A stretch of DNA of 63,868 nucleotides, counting the filler, from an uncultured Planctomycetales bacterium (GTDB lineage Bacteria; Omnitrophota; Gorgyraeia; Gygaellales; Profunditerraquicolaceae): NCBI GenBank assembly GCA_964487475.1. It is 4 parts of 4 records of this genome, joined end to end, with 100 filler letters (N's around TTAATTAATTAA, not from the genome) between each part and the next. Parts side by side here need not be neighbours in the genome. Positions count along the whole stretch, not along the records: positions 1 to 22,089 come from CAZAPM010000019.1; 3 more parts are not named here. The stretch is one strand, 5' to 3'. Below the pieces are notes generated by a model. It saw nothing but the letters and a program-made list of their open reading frames with translations, was not told where the DNA came from and did no database searches. Both the position numbers and the translations under genes were made by a program. Every line of letters starts with the position of its first letter. The stretch's first letter is position 1. Below are positions 8,825-17,688 of the stretch, piece by piece.

Positions 8825-10711
8825 CTATTGGTACGCCAGCTTCATCCTGAAGGATTCCTGCTCCTTGGGTAAGGACGCGGGAAAGGGCGGGAACGGCCCG
8901 GCGTCGCGCACGCTCGCCACTGCCAGGTGCCCCAGGGAAACGTTACCCCCGGAGACCACCACCGGCTCCCCGGCCAGGGTGCCGTCAGAATTAAGCACGA
9001 AACTCACGATCGCGCTTCCGCGGACCTTGACCTGGCCTTTGCGGTACTCCGCCAGCTGGGCTTTGATCCGGGAAAGCACCAGCTGCTTATACTGCCCCAC
9101 GCTCATCCGGCGCAACGCCGTCGCCTGCTGCGCCTTGCGCTGCATTGCCAGGATGTTCTTATCCTGGGTCAGGCTCTCATACGCCACCGATTCCTCGCCG
9201 CTGACGATGCGCGGAGTGATAAAGATCACCAGCTCGGTCTGCGCGGTGTCGTTCTTGGAGCTGCGAAACGCCGCGCCGATCAAAGGAAGGTCCCCGGCCA
9301 CGGGCAGTTTCTTGAGCTCGCGCTCCGCCTTGTCGCGCTTCAAACCGGCGATGATGATGGTCGCGCCGTCCTTGACCATGATCGTGGTCTCCGTCTCCGA
9401 AGTAGTGACGATGGGCACCTGGGTCTTCTTGTCCTCCGCGGTGAGGGTCGTGGCCACCGAAGAGCTTATCTCCGGCCTGATCTTCATGGTCACGAACCCC
9501 TTGCGGTTGATGTTCGGGGTAACGTAGAGCTTGATCCCCACGTCCACGAAATTGACGGACTGCGAGGTGACCGTCCCGGTGCCGGTCTGCGAAGTGCTTG
9601 AGGTAATATACGCCTCCTTGGTGCCGACCAGGATCTTGGCCTCCTGGTTATTTAAGGCCATGATCCGAGGGCTGGACAGTATCTTCGTGTCTCCGATCAC
9701 GCGCAGCAGGTCGATCGCCGCTTTATACTCACCCACCTCATCCGCGGCCGCGGTCGCTCCCGAGGCAAGCACCCCGAAGGAAAGCTTGTTGGGGATCCCG
9801 CTGATACCCGTCAGGGCCGGGGCGGCCAGGGAACTGGCCAGCCGCACGTTCTTCTTAAGCCAATAATCCCAATCCACTCCCGCGGAGAACTGGTCCTTGG
9901 GGGAAACCTCCACGATCTGCGCGTCGATGACCACCTGAGGGGTCTTCTCGTCGAACGCCTTGATGATCGCGCCGATCTCCGTGATCTTCTGCGGATAATC
10001 CGTCACCACCATCTTGTTGGTGCGCTCATCCACCCTGACCGAACCCACCCCCTTGGTCACCAGCTCCTGCACTTTGGACGCCAGCTTCTCCGACTGGGCG
10101 TAATCCAGGGCGAAGACCCGGGTCTGCAAAGGCATATCCGCCTGGGCGGCGAACTCCGCCATCTCCGCCACCTTATCCGGGCTGTCGATCAACACCAGGG
10201 TATTGGAAGCCTCGTCCACCACCACCCGTCCGATATTGGTCTTGATCTGGGAAAGGGCGCGGGAAAGCTCCGCCGCCTTCGCGAACTTAAGCTGTATGAT
10301 CTTGGCCTGTTTTTTGTCCTGGTAACGCTGGCCGTAGATCAGCTCGTAATCCCGCTGGCTCATCACGTTGATAATGGTGCCCCTGCGGTCATACGCCAGG
10401 TCGTTGGAGGACAGGATGATCTCGAAGGCGTCCATCACGTCCACGTCCTTGAGGAAAAGGGTCACCCTTCCGGCCACGTTGCGGCCGACCACGATGTTCA
10501 TCCCCGAGCGCGAGGCCAGCATCTTAAGCACGTCGATCACATCCATGCCTTTGATATCCAGGGAGATGGTCTTCGCCACCGGCTGCTGCTCGCTGCGGCC
10601 GGATACCGGGGGTTGCGCCTCCGGCACCAAAGGAGGCTCCTCCTGCCCGGCACAAGGAACGGTCATACAAAGCGCCAGCGCGCACACGGCACCGATCAGA
10701 TAGGTTCGCAT
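8825..10711 (-). CDS. Secretin (GspD/PilQ family) with C-terminal TonB_C-like domain
   Basis: Signal peptide, N-domain repeats, LSSPRI...NNQEA.I.VG, LP..GDLPLIG.AF, ELVIFITPRI; extra ~90-aa tail. Confidence 0.9.
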   Translation of the reverse strand: MRTYLIGAVCALALCMTVPCAGQEEPPLVPEAQPPVSGRSEQQPVAKTISLDIKGMDVIDVLKMLASRSGMNIVVGRNVAGRVTLFLKDVDVMDAFEIILSSNDLAYDRRGTIINVMSQRDYELIYGQRYQDKKQAKIIQLKFAKAAELSRALSQIKTNIGRVVVDEASNTLVLIDSPDKVAEMAEFAAQADMPLQTRVFALDYAQSEKLASKVQELVTKGVGSVRVDERTNKMVVTDYPQKITEIGAIIKAFDEKTPQVVIDAQIVEVSPKDQFSAGVDWDYWLKKNVRLASSLAAPALTGISGIPNKLSFGVLASGATAAADEVGEYKAAIDLLRVIGDTKILSSPRIMALNNQEAKILVGTKEAYITSSTSQTGTGTVTSQSVNFVDVGIKLYVTPNINRKGFVTMKIRPEISSSVATTLTAEDKKTQVPIVTTSETETTIMVKDGATIIIAGLKRDKAERELKKLPVAGDLPLIGAAFRSSKNDTAQTELVIFITPRIVSGEESVAYESLTQDKNILAMQRKAQQATALRRMSVGQYKQLVLSRIKAQLAEYRKGQVKVRGSAIVSFVLNSDGTLAGEPVVVSGGNVSLGHLAVASVRDAGPFPPFPASLPKEQESFRMKLAYQ

Positions 10712-10721
10712 CTCAGCCCTC

Positions 10722-11345
10722 CTATAGGTAGAGCTCATACCGCTGCCCCTTATAATTCAGAATGATCTTACCTTCGAGTATCTCCGCCACCAGGAAGGCG
10801 CCCACGGACTGGCCTTTGGCGACATATAGTGTTTTCTGGGACCTCTTATCCTCGATCACCGCCTGGGGATTATCTCCGCTGATGATGCCGACAAGGGAGA
10901 TCTCCTTAAGGATATCCGCGGTCGCGACCCCCGCAAGACCGGAGGCCCCCGAAGATTCTTCCCCTGAAAAGAGCTGCCGGGCAAGGGGCGCCTGGGTGTA
11001 ATACTCCACCGGCTGACGGGCGCTCTGCGTCTGGTCAGCCCCGGGCTCGGGAGTAAGCGGCGCCGCAGGCACTGGCCCGAACGCGAAGAAAGGGTATACA
11101 AGCGCGAACGCCAGGTATATCCCCGATCCGATCAGCGCCGCCAGAAGCACGCGCAGGACGATATGCTGCCAGGCAACGGCCTTACGCGGCCCCTTCGCGG
11201 GAAGCGCCTCGGCAGGCCGGGCAACGGAGGCCTCAGCCGGTGCGGCCGCAGCCCTTACTGCCGTCTTATGCTCGGCAGCGTGCCGTCCCGCGCCCTTGAT
11301 CAAACGCAGCAGTTTTTCTTCAGGCGATAAGGTATCGCTCATCAT
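10722..11345 (-). CDS. GspC/PilP-like protein
   Basis: Single TM then LVGIISGDNPQAVIED...GQ.VG.F.V.EI; upstream of secretin. Confidence 0.7.
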   Translation of the reverse strand: MMSDTLSPEEKLLRLIKGAGRHAAEHKTAVRAAAAPAEASVARPAEALPAKGPRKAVAWQHIVLRVLLAALIGSGIYLAFALVYPFFAFGPVPAAPLTPEPGADQTQSARQPVEYYTQAPLARQLFSGEESSGASGLAGVATADILKEISLVGIISGDNPQAVIEDKRSQKTLYVAKGQSVGAFLVAEILEGKIILNYKGQRYELYL

Positions 11346-12159
11346 TATCCTCCCGGGAAGCGATCAGTCCCCGGATTATCCCCTCGTCCACTGCCAGGGC
11401 ATCGCGCATCACCACCGTCTCCAGCGCGTCGTGGCAGAGCATGGCGATCTTGCGGGGGTACCCCTGGGTATACTGATAGATCAGGCGGATCGCTCCGTCG
11501 GTAAATAGCTGCTGCTGCCAGTTCAGCCCCGCCTGATGCAGCCTGAACTCGATAAGCTCCTTGGTCTCGTGCTCGTCCAGGGGATTGATAGTGTACTTAA
11601 GCGCCACCCTGTCGATGAAATTACGGATGCGCTTGATGCGGGGAAGCAGCTCCACCTGCGCCATGATCACCAGCTGCAGGAGCTTGAACTCATTGGTCTC
11701 GAAATTAAGCAGCGTCCTTAAGACCTCCAGGTTCTCCTGGGAGATCTTCTGCGCTTCGTCGATAAGCAGCACGATGGTCTTGCCCTCCTCCACCCCTTTC
11801 TGGAAAAGGTAACGCTCCAGCGCTTCCTTGAAATCCAGGGTGGACTTGAACTCCGGAGTGATCCCGAACATCCTGACCAGGGTCTGAAGGAACTGGTACT
11901 CGGACTTGAATCCGGGATCGAGGATCATATGGAAGATGAAATTGTTCTCGTCTTTGAAGGCCTGCAGGAGGGTTCGGGAAAGAGTGGTCTTCCCGGTGCC
12001 GACGTCGCCCAGCACCAGACAAAGGCCCCGGCGCAGGCGAAGCGCGATCTCCAGCCTCTTGAGCGCGGTGTTATGGCTGGAGGAAAGATAGAAGAATTGC
12101 GGATCGGGACTGGTGGAGAACGGCTCTTTATCCAGGCCCAATGATTTATAATAGCTCAT
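11320..12159 (-). CDS. ExeA/GspA-family AAA ATPase
   Basis: PFSTSPDP.F, GDVGTGKTT, LIDEAQ, GYPR.I..LC. Confidence 0.9.
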   Translation of the reverse strand: MSYYKSLGLDKEPFSTSPDPQFFYLSSSHNTALKRLEIALRLRRGLCLVLGDVGTGKTTLSRTLLQAFKDENNFIFHMILDPGFKSEYQFLQTLVRMFGITPEFKSTLDFKEALERYLFQKGVEEGKTIVLLIDEAQKISQENLEVLRTLLNFETNEFKLLQLVIMAQVELLPRIKRIRNFIDRVALKYTINPLDEHETKELIEFRLHQAGLNWQQQLFTDGAIRLIYQYTQGYPRKIAMLCHDALETVVMRDALAVDEGIIRGLIASREDNDERYLIA

Positions 12160-12401
12160 CAGGCCGCCTCCGTACGCAATCCCGCAAGCATCGTGCTGAT
12201 CTCTTTGATCGATCTGCCCTCTTTGCGCAGCGCATGGATACGCTTGAGATGCTCCACCGAAGAGTCATCGAAGTAACGGAAACGCGTCTCCGGGCTCCTG
12301 CTCACCTCATTGATCAAGCCTATCTTAAGATAATATTTGATGGTGTATACAGAATACCCGGTGATGCGCGCTAAATCCTTTATTAGATAAACGTTATGGA
12401 T
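12159..12401 (-). CDS. MerR-type HTH regulator, 80 aa, probable non-canonical ATC start (not in ORF track)
   Basis: My translation: IHNVYLIKDLARITGYSVYTIKYYLKIGLINEVSRSPETRFRYFDDSSVEHLKRIHALRKEGRSIKEI...; AAGGAGG 5 nt upstream; TGA overlaps the ExeA ATG. Confidence 0.85.
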   Translation of the reverse strand: MHNVYLIKDLARITGYSVYTIKYYLKIGLINEVSRSPETRFRYFDDSSVEHLKRIHALRKEGRSIKEISTMLAGLRTEAA

Positions 12402-12411
12402 ATTAGCCTCC

Positions 12412-12456
12412 TTTACTCTCTACATAGAGAGTAAACCAAAATAACCCTTCTGTCAA
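12412..12456 (-). promoter_or_regulatory. Promoter with overlapping 24-bp dyad (candidate operator)
   Basis: TTGACA(12456-12451)-N17-TACTCT(12433-12428); perfect inverted repeat TTTACTCTCTA-CA-TAGAGAGTAAA at 12412-12435. Confidence 0.78.
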
Positions 12457-12474
12457 GATTTTTTTCTACTTGAC

Positions 12475-12503
12475 TTGAATATTATGCGCACAAATGGTAT
12501 ACT
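12475..12503 (+). promoter_or_regulatory. Divergent sigma70-type promoter for the riboswitch transcript
   Basis: TTGAAT-N17-TATACT with extended TGn. Confidence 0.7.
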
Positions 12504-12540
12504 CTTTAATGTTCCTTGTACTTTTGACAATCCGGTCAAT

Positions 12541-12629
12541 TACCTACTGAAACGGCTAACCTGCAGCAATGCAGGGGCGCAAAGCGACAGGCCCCGTTGA
12601 CCCGGGGTGGCTGCGCTGCCAAAGGGGTG
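12541..12629 (+). ncRNA. c-di-GMP-I (GEMM) riboswitch
   Basis: GGCTAA-CCTGCA-GCAA-TGCAGG-GGCGCAAAGC core with GNRA loop, P3 GGCCCCG..GGGGTGGC, 3' GCTGCC. Confidence 0.85.
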
Positions 12630-12633
12630 TGCC

Positions 12634-12738
12634 ATGAAAAAGATGATCCGCAAATTTACCCGCAAAGCAAGAAAACATCATAAGAAATTAGGATGGCTGG
12701 CGGCGTTCCGGGTATTCGGAATGACGGTCGGATTTTAG
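12634..12738 (+). CDS. 34-aa cationic/hydrophobic small protein (not in ORF track)
   Basis: MKKMIRKFTRKARKHHKKLGWLAAFRVFGMTVGF; AAAGGGG SD; only evident ORF between riboswitch and terminator. Confidence 0.65.
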   Translation: MKKMIRKFTRKARKHHKKLGWLAAFRVFGMTVGF

Positions 12739-12780
12739 AACTGCGGAATGTGTGCGTCTCCATCCTGAGAGGTGGAGCGT

Positions 12781-12815
12781 GGCCCCGAGTGTCTCACTCG
12801 GGGCCTGTTGTTTTT
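12781..12815 (+). terminator. Intrinsic terminator
   Basis: GGCCCCGAGTG-TCT-CACTCGGGGCC followed by TGTTGTTTTT. Confidence 0.85.
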
Positions 12816-13332
12816 ATGGGGATCCCTGCGCCACGGTAAAAAGCCCCTCCAGCACTCCGGCATTGCCCGGCCTGGCGGTAAGCTGCACCCTTCTCACACG
12901 TAGCAGCGCTAAGGAATTATCCAACGCGTAGAGGAAACGGAAATACCCCTCCATCGTGCCTTCAGCCTTGAAATCCACGGCCATGACCTTCTCCCCCTGC
13001 TGCCCTTGCGGCCTCACATCCACCACCTTGACCCCGGAAACCTGCGCGATCCTCTCGATCTCTGAAAGCATGGTCACCAGAGTCTGCGCCTGCAAAGACC
13101 CCAGGTCGAGTCCGGCGTACAGCGATTGATACTTTTTACTGATCTCGTCCTTGTTCGCCAGGAGCCCCTTCTGGCGCGCCAGCCGGGTACGTAACACTTT
13201 GATCTCCCCGGAAAGCGCGTCATTCCTCCGGGCCACGGGAACGATCAGGAAATTGAAAAGGATGCTGAAAAAGATCACCCCGACGGTTAACGCCAGAATG
13301 ACCTTTTCCCTGCGCTTGAGGATCGGCGCCAT
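12814..13332 (-). CDS. GspM/PilO-like protein
   Basis: L..REK.IL + TM + coiled coil + ferredoxin-like fold pattern; cluster position. Confidence 0.75.
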   Translation of the reverse strand: MAPILKRREKVILALTVGVIFFSILFNFLIVPVARRNDALSGEIKVLRTRLARQKGLLANKDEISKKYQSLYAGLDLGSLQAQTLVTMLSEIERIAQVSGVKVVDVRPQGQQGEKVMAVDFKAEGTMEGYFRFLYALDNSLALLRVRRVQLTARPGNAGVLEGLFTVAQGSP

Positions 13333-14774
13333 CAGAGATCCCCTTTCTGGCAGGCGATCTCGAAATCGATCACCTCATTGGAGAGCACCTGCTTCTTGGT
13401 GGCGTAACGGACCCGGGAGGTGAACCCGGCGAATGCGGGAGACTTCTGCAGCGCGTCGATTATGCCCAGCACCTCCTGCATCTGCTGAGCGCTGCCCCGC
13501 AGCACCACCCTGCCCTCGTCCTCATACACGAAACTCGACAGCAGCACCTGCTGGGGAAGCACCCGGTGGATCTCATAGAGCATATCCAGGGCATTAGCCC
13601 TGCCCCGCGACTGCCGGGAAAGCAGGCGGAAGCGCTTCTCCGCTTCATCCAGCGGCTTCGCCTCCCTGGAGACCCTGGCCAGCTCGCTCTTGAGATACCC
13701 CACGTACCTCTGCTTGTTGAACATATCGATCGCAGACGCCGCGGCGAACACCAGGAAGACCAGCGCGGCAAAGTAGAGCACCTGGAGACGGCGCTTCTGC
13801 TCGCCCGCTGCGCCGGCCAGTTCCTTCTGGGAGGCCGGAAGCAGGTTCAGGGCGTCATCCAGCGGCCCGATCCCCAGTCCGGCCAGAGACGCTACGGATA
13901 TTCCGGATGACGCAAGCAGTTCCTGCTGCCGCTCAGGGAACGAGACCGCCCGGGACAGATCGAACGACTCCGCGGGGATCCCCATCCCCTGCTGCAATGA
14001 TCCCGCAGCTTCCCGTCCTGCCGCAGATCCGGCGAACACCACTGCCCGGGAAACCGCCAGCGCCCCTCCCTCGTCGGCATACGCCTGCACCGTCTTGCGG
14101 ACTTCCGCCAGCACCGCCTGTTTCATCAGCACCGGGTCCTTATGCACCTTGAACGCCCGGCTGCTAAGGGCCTTGCCTTCGGATGCCACCACCGCTTCGG
14201 CCGCCATACCGTCGATCTCCACCAATACCACTGCGCCGGGAGGATACGGTTTCGAAAGGGTGCTGAAATACAGCGCGCAAAGCCCCTGGGTCGTCAGCGC
14301 ACAGGAGACCGAAGCAGGCTTAAGGATACCGGCGGTGCGCAGCGCCCTGTCCACGACATTACGGTGCACGATCGACACATTGATCCCGGCATACCCCTGC
14401 TGATCCCGGTCGATCACCTCGAAACCGGTGATCAGCTCATGGCCGGCAAAAGGGATCAGACGGGGAGCCTGCAAAGAGACCATGCGGCTTATTTCAGAGG
14501 GATCCTGGGTAGGGACTTTCAGATAACGGGTAGTGGCCTGGCTGCGGGAGATTGCCATCAGCAAAGGCTCTCGGGCATAGGAAAGGCCGCGCAAGACTTC
14601 CGCGAGCATCAATCCGGCTTTCTGCTCGTCAAGTTCTATGGAGACCGGCAGCCAGCCCGCTGCCACGGGCGAGAATCCCGAAGAGTTGTTCCGTACGCAC
14701 TTGACCGCCTTGATCGCATGATCCGTGACCTGGCAGACGAATACGCTCTCTTTGACCTTCGGGGCGAACATCAT
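13332..14774 (-). CDS. PilM-PilN fusion / GspL-like protein
   Basis: Actin-like N-terminal part, LNLLP motif, TM helix, PilN-like C-terminus. Confidence 0.75.
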   Translation of the reverse strand: MMFAPKVKESVFVCQVTDHAIKAVKCVRNNSSGFSPVAAGWLPVSIELDEQKAGLMLAEVLRGLSYAREPLLMAISRSQATTRYLKVPTQDPSEISRMVSLQAPRLIPFAGHELITGFEVIDRDQQGYAGINVSIVHRNVVDRALRTAGILKPASVSCALTTQGLCALYFSTLSKPYPPGAVVLVEIDGMAAEAVVASEGKALSSRAFKVHKDPVLMKQAVLAEVRKTVQAYADEGGALAVSRAVVFAGSAAGREAAGSLQQGMGIPAESFDLSRAVSFPERQQELLASSGISVASLAGLGIGPLDDALNLLPASQKELAGAAGEQKRRLQVLYFAALVFLVFAAASAIDMFNKQRYVGYLKSELARVSREAKPLDEAEKRFRLLSRQSRGRANALDMLYEIHRVLPQQVLLSSFVYEDEGRVVLRGSAQQMQEVLGIIDALQKSPAFAGFTSRVRYATKKQVLSNEVIDFEIACQKGDL

Positions 14775-14813
14775 ACGCAAATGATACACCACCATCCGGT
14801 TGCGGCGCAAGGC

Positions 14814-15797
14814 CTATTTTTCGCTGCGGCGGCGCATCCGATGCGCTGCCGCGTCATACACCGCGGATACCGTGATCCTGCTTCCGGCGCTGATACCGGT
14901 CGATTCGATCAGGTACCAGGTACGATCGGTCGTCAAAAGGTTGTTCTGGGAGAGCGCATTCAGGATATTCGTCTCCCCCGTTTCCATCGTGCCTCCGTAA
15001 TTTTTCAGCACCTCCGCGGTCTTGGCCGGGTCCGCGCTTTCGAACACCGCGCCGGCCTGGCGTGCCGTCAAAACCTTGCGTACCAGGGTGCGCACCTGCT
15101 CATCCGCGGCATCCGGAAGCGACCACACGGTGATCGCCGCGGAAAAATATATCTCCATCGGCAGCTCGCCGGCGGTATTCAAGTTGAGCTGCCCCTTCCC
15201 GAACACGGTCATCTCCGGCTCGACGGCAGAGAACGCCGAAGCCGCGCGCGAAGCGAAATCCGGGTACCCTTTACGCCGGAAATACTCCTCTATTGCGGCG
15301 AGCACCTCATACGGGGAGGAGAAACGCTCCCGGCGCGCGGTCTCCTCCGGATTATCCGGAGACTGCCACTGCACCAGGAATGCCGCCAGCGCATCGGCCT
15401 CATCCACCTGCCGTGACTTAAGGAACAGCTCGAGCTTCTTTCCGTCGAAATCGGTGGTGCCGTTCACGTTGATCCGCGCACCTTCATCCTTTATCCCGTA
15501 CACAAAACCATAGGGATCGCGCACATACCCCACCCTGAACTCCTGGCGAGTATCTTCCCACACCCGGCGGTAAAACTTCTCCGCATCCCTAAGCGGGACC
15601 GGTACCCCGGCATCGATCAGTGAAGCGGCGTGAATGATCCCCGCCTCGGCCGCCTGCCTGGCGCGCAGGGTATCCCGCTGGTTACGCGCCGCTTTCAGGG
15701 AAAGCGAAGCCCGGTACCCCAGGCCGACGGCACAAAGGGAAAGGATGGCTGCCGCCCACAACGCCACGATGAGCACCGAACCGCGGGCCCTATTCAT
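14814..15797 (-). CDS. gspK: GspK-like minor pseudopilin
   Basis: RG|SVLIVALW, DEGARINVN, LNLNTA. Confidence 0.82.
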   Translation of the reverse strand: MNRARGSVLIVALWAAAILSLCAVGLGYRASLSLKAARNQRDTLRARQAAEAGIIHAASLIDAGVPVPLRDAEKFYRRVWEDTRQEFRVGYVRDPYGFVYGIKDEGARINVNGTTDFDGKKLELFLKSRQVDEADALAAFLVQWQSPDNPEETARRERFSSPYEVLAAIEEYFRRKGYPDFASRAASAFSAVEPEMTVFGKGQLNLNTAGELPMEIYFSAAITVWSLPDAADEQVRTLVRKVLTARQAGAVFESADPAKTAEVLKNYGGTMETGETNILNALSQNNLLTTDRTWYLIESTGISAGSRITVSAVYDAAAHRMRRRSEK

Positions 15798-16443
15798 CGA
15801 CGGTATCCCTGGCCAGCGGCAGCGAGAACACCTTCTCGAAATGTGCCGGCGCGGTTTTCCTGCGCTTGACGTCATACTGCGAAACCTTTAATGAGACCTT
15901 GACCGCAAGAGGAAGCAACTGCATTTGCTTCTGGCGCAACCCCTCCTCTGGGGACGGCCATTGCATGCCCCAGGCATACGGAGCGTCCGCATTGCCCGTC
16001 GCATACTGATAACTCACTGACATCCCCTCGATCCCCTTCACCGCCACGCCAGCCTCCCACTGCGGGTCCTTACCCAGCGCCGCGGCATTGCATGCGCTGC
16101 GCTTGATCAAAGACTCCCCCTCCCACGCATATTCGACCAGGCAGTAACGGCTCTGCACGCCCGCTTCCTGGTATGAATCGGAGACCGTAAAGAAGGAAAA
16201 GGAACGTTCATCCCCCTGAAACCCGCTTACCTTGGCTTTTTGAGGAACGCAGCGGTTGAAGTCCCGCTCCAGGCGGTTGAATATGATCCCGGCCTTGCGC
16301 ACGGGAGACTGGGCCGAATCGATGCGCGCATACCCGCTGATACCGCTTTGCAGCGCGGCATACACCGCCGCCGCCACCACCGTAAAGATGGATAACGCGA
16401 TAAGCACTTCGACCAGAGTAAACGCGCGGAGGCCTCTGCGCAT
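15790..16443 (-). CDS. GspJ-like pseudopilin
   Basis: RA|FTLVEVLIAL N-methylation motif. Confidence 0.82.
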   Translation of the reverse strand: MRRGLRAFTLVEVLIALSIFTVVAAAVYAALQSGISGYARIDSAQSPVRKAGIIFNRLERDFNRCVPQKAKVSGFQGDERSFSFFTVSDSYQEAGVQSRYCLVEYAWEGESLIKRSACNAAALGKDPQWEAGVAVKGIEGMSVSYQYATGNADAPYAWGMQWPSPEEGLRQKQMQLLPLAVKVSLKVSQYDVKRRKTAPAHFEKVFSLPLARDTVDE

Positions 16444-16829
16444 CACCGTGCCGCCGGAAGCAGTGCGTGCAGGGAAACCTCGTAAGGCTCCTCCCGTCGC
16501 GCCTCCTGCCACCGCACCCTCACCAGCGCGTCCACCACTCCCAGGTCCTGGTCAAACACCGGCCGGAATTCCCAGGCATACTCGTACTGCTGCACACGCA
16601 CCTGCCCGCTCCTGGCGGTAAGCGGATCACGGGTAAGCTTCTGGAGGAAGGCAAGCTCCTGCGTTTTATCCTGCGCAAACAGCATGGCCTGCTGCATGCG
16701 CATGCCGGCGCGCACCCCGCGCAGGGAAGCGGCATACGCCCTGAATATGAACACCAGGGAAACCGCAAGCACCCCTACCGCCACTACGACCTCAATCAGC
16801 GTGAATCCGGCCCTGCACCTGCACTTCAC
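16443..16829 (-). CDS. GspI-like pseudopilin
   Basis: AG|FTLIEVVVA motif. Confidence 0.82.
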   Translation of the reverse strand: MKCRCRAGFTLIEVVVAVGVLAVSLVFIFRAYAASLRGVRAGMRMQQAMLFAQDKTQELAFLQKLTRDPLTARSGQVRVQQYEYAWEFRPVFDQDLGVVDALVRVRWQEARREEPYEVSLHALLPAAR

Positions 16830-17277
16830 CTGAACCCCCTTGTACCTTCACCGTTTCCTGCCGGCCCCTGCCGCGCACGCGGAACACGATATCGGAGTCA
16901 AAACTTCCGTCGGGATAGCAATAAAGGACGCGTGTACCCTGCGGTTCCGCCCGAAGCACGACCTCCTTCGGCAGTTTCCTGGAAGATGCCCTGGCATCGT
17001 CAATGCGTGCGAACGCGCCGGTTTCCGCGGACTGCGCTTCGATCCACACCACCCCCCGGGATTCATCCCAGGAAAGCCGGTGCACCGCGCCCCGGGAAAC
17101 CGCCCGCTCCTGCGCATACTGCACCGCATAGAATACCTGCCTGGCGGCAGACGAGACCAGAAAACCGTCGAAGGCGTTCTTGATGCGCGGCGTGGCGAGT
17201 GCCGCGGCAGCGGAGATGATCACCACCACCACGATCAGCTCAACGAACGTGAACCCGCGCTGCCGGCGCGTCCTCAT
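16792..17277 (-). CDS. GspH/FimT-like pseudopilin
   Basis: RG|FTFVELIVV, YPDG motif. Confidence 0.82.
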   Translation of the reverse strand: MRTRRQRGFTFVELIVVVVIISAAAALATPRIKNAFDGFLVSSAARQVFYAVQYAQERAVSRGAVHRLSWDESRGVVWIEAQSAETGAFARIDDARASSRKLPKEVVLRAEPQGTRVLYCYPDGSFDSDIVFRVRGRGRQETVKVQGGSGEVQVQGRIHAD

Positions 17278-17666
17278 TCCAGCGGTTCGCTGCAGATATC
17301 GTCCTCGGTGCTTTCCTCGTCCGGCCCCTTGGAACATAAGGTAAATTCCCCCTGCGCCCCGCCCTTGCGGTAGGAATACTCCCTTCCCCACGGATCGAGG
17401 GGTTTCTTCTTAAGGTACGGGCCTTTCCAGGTGTCAGGCTGGCTGGCCTTGCGCAGCAGGTCCTCCAGGGAATCCGGATACTTCCCGTTATCCAGCTCGT
17501 AAAGGTCGAGCGCCAGGGCGATGCTGGAATTGACGTCCGCCTTGGCTGCCGCCACTTTCGCCTGCTCTGAACGGCCGAAGAGCCTCGGCGCAACCATCGA
17601 GGCCAGCACGCCGATGATAATGACCACCAGCATCAGTTCGATAAGCGTGAACCCTTTTCTATGCAT
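17274..17666 (-). CDS. gspG: Major pseudopilin GspG
   Basis: KG|FTLIELM, ALDLYELDNG.YP, W.GPYL...P.DPWG..Y.Y, S.GPD. Confidence 0.93.
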   Translation of the reverse strand: MHRKGFTLIELMLVVIIIGVLASMVAPRLFGRSEQAKVAAAKADVNSSIALALDLYELDNGKYPDSLEDLLRKASQPDTWKGPYLKKKPLDPWGREYSYRKGGAQGEFTLCSKGPDEESTEDDICSEPLE

Positions 17667-17688
17667 CTGTCTTCCTCCTTGAAGCGCG

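Noticed and set aside
12420..12425. In-frame ATG-TAG upstream of the MerR frame as amber readthrough or recoding
   Set aside because: Lies between the -10 and the predicted TSS with no SD; TAG is used as a normal stop elsewhere (e.g. cobO, recR)
12510..12531. boxA-like sequence TGTACTTTTGACAAT in the riboswitch leader (similar TGTTCTTTG before the tRNA)
   Set aside because: Short, degenerate match that cannot be distinguished from chance without conservation data
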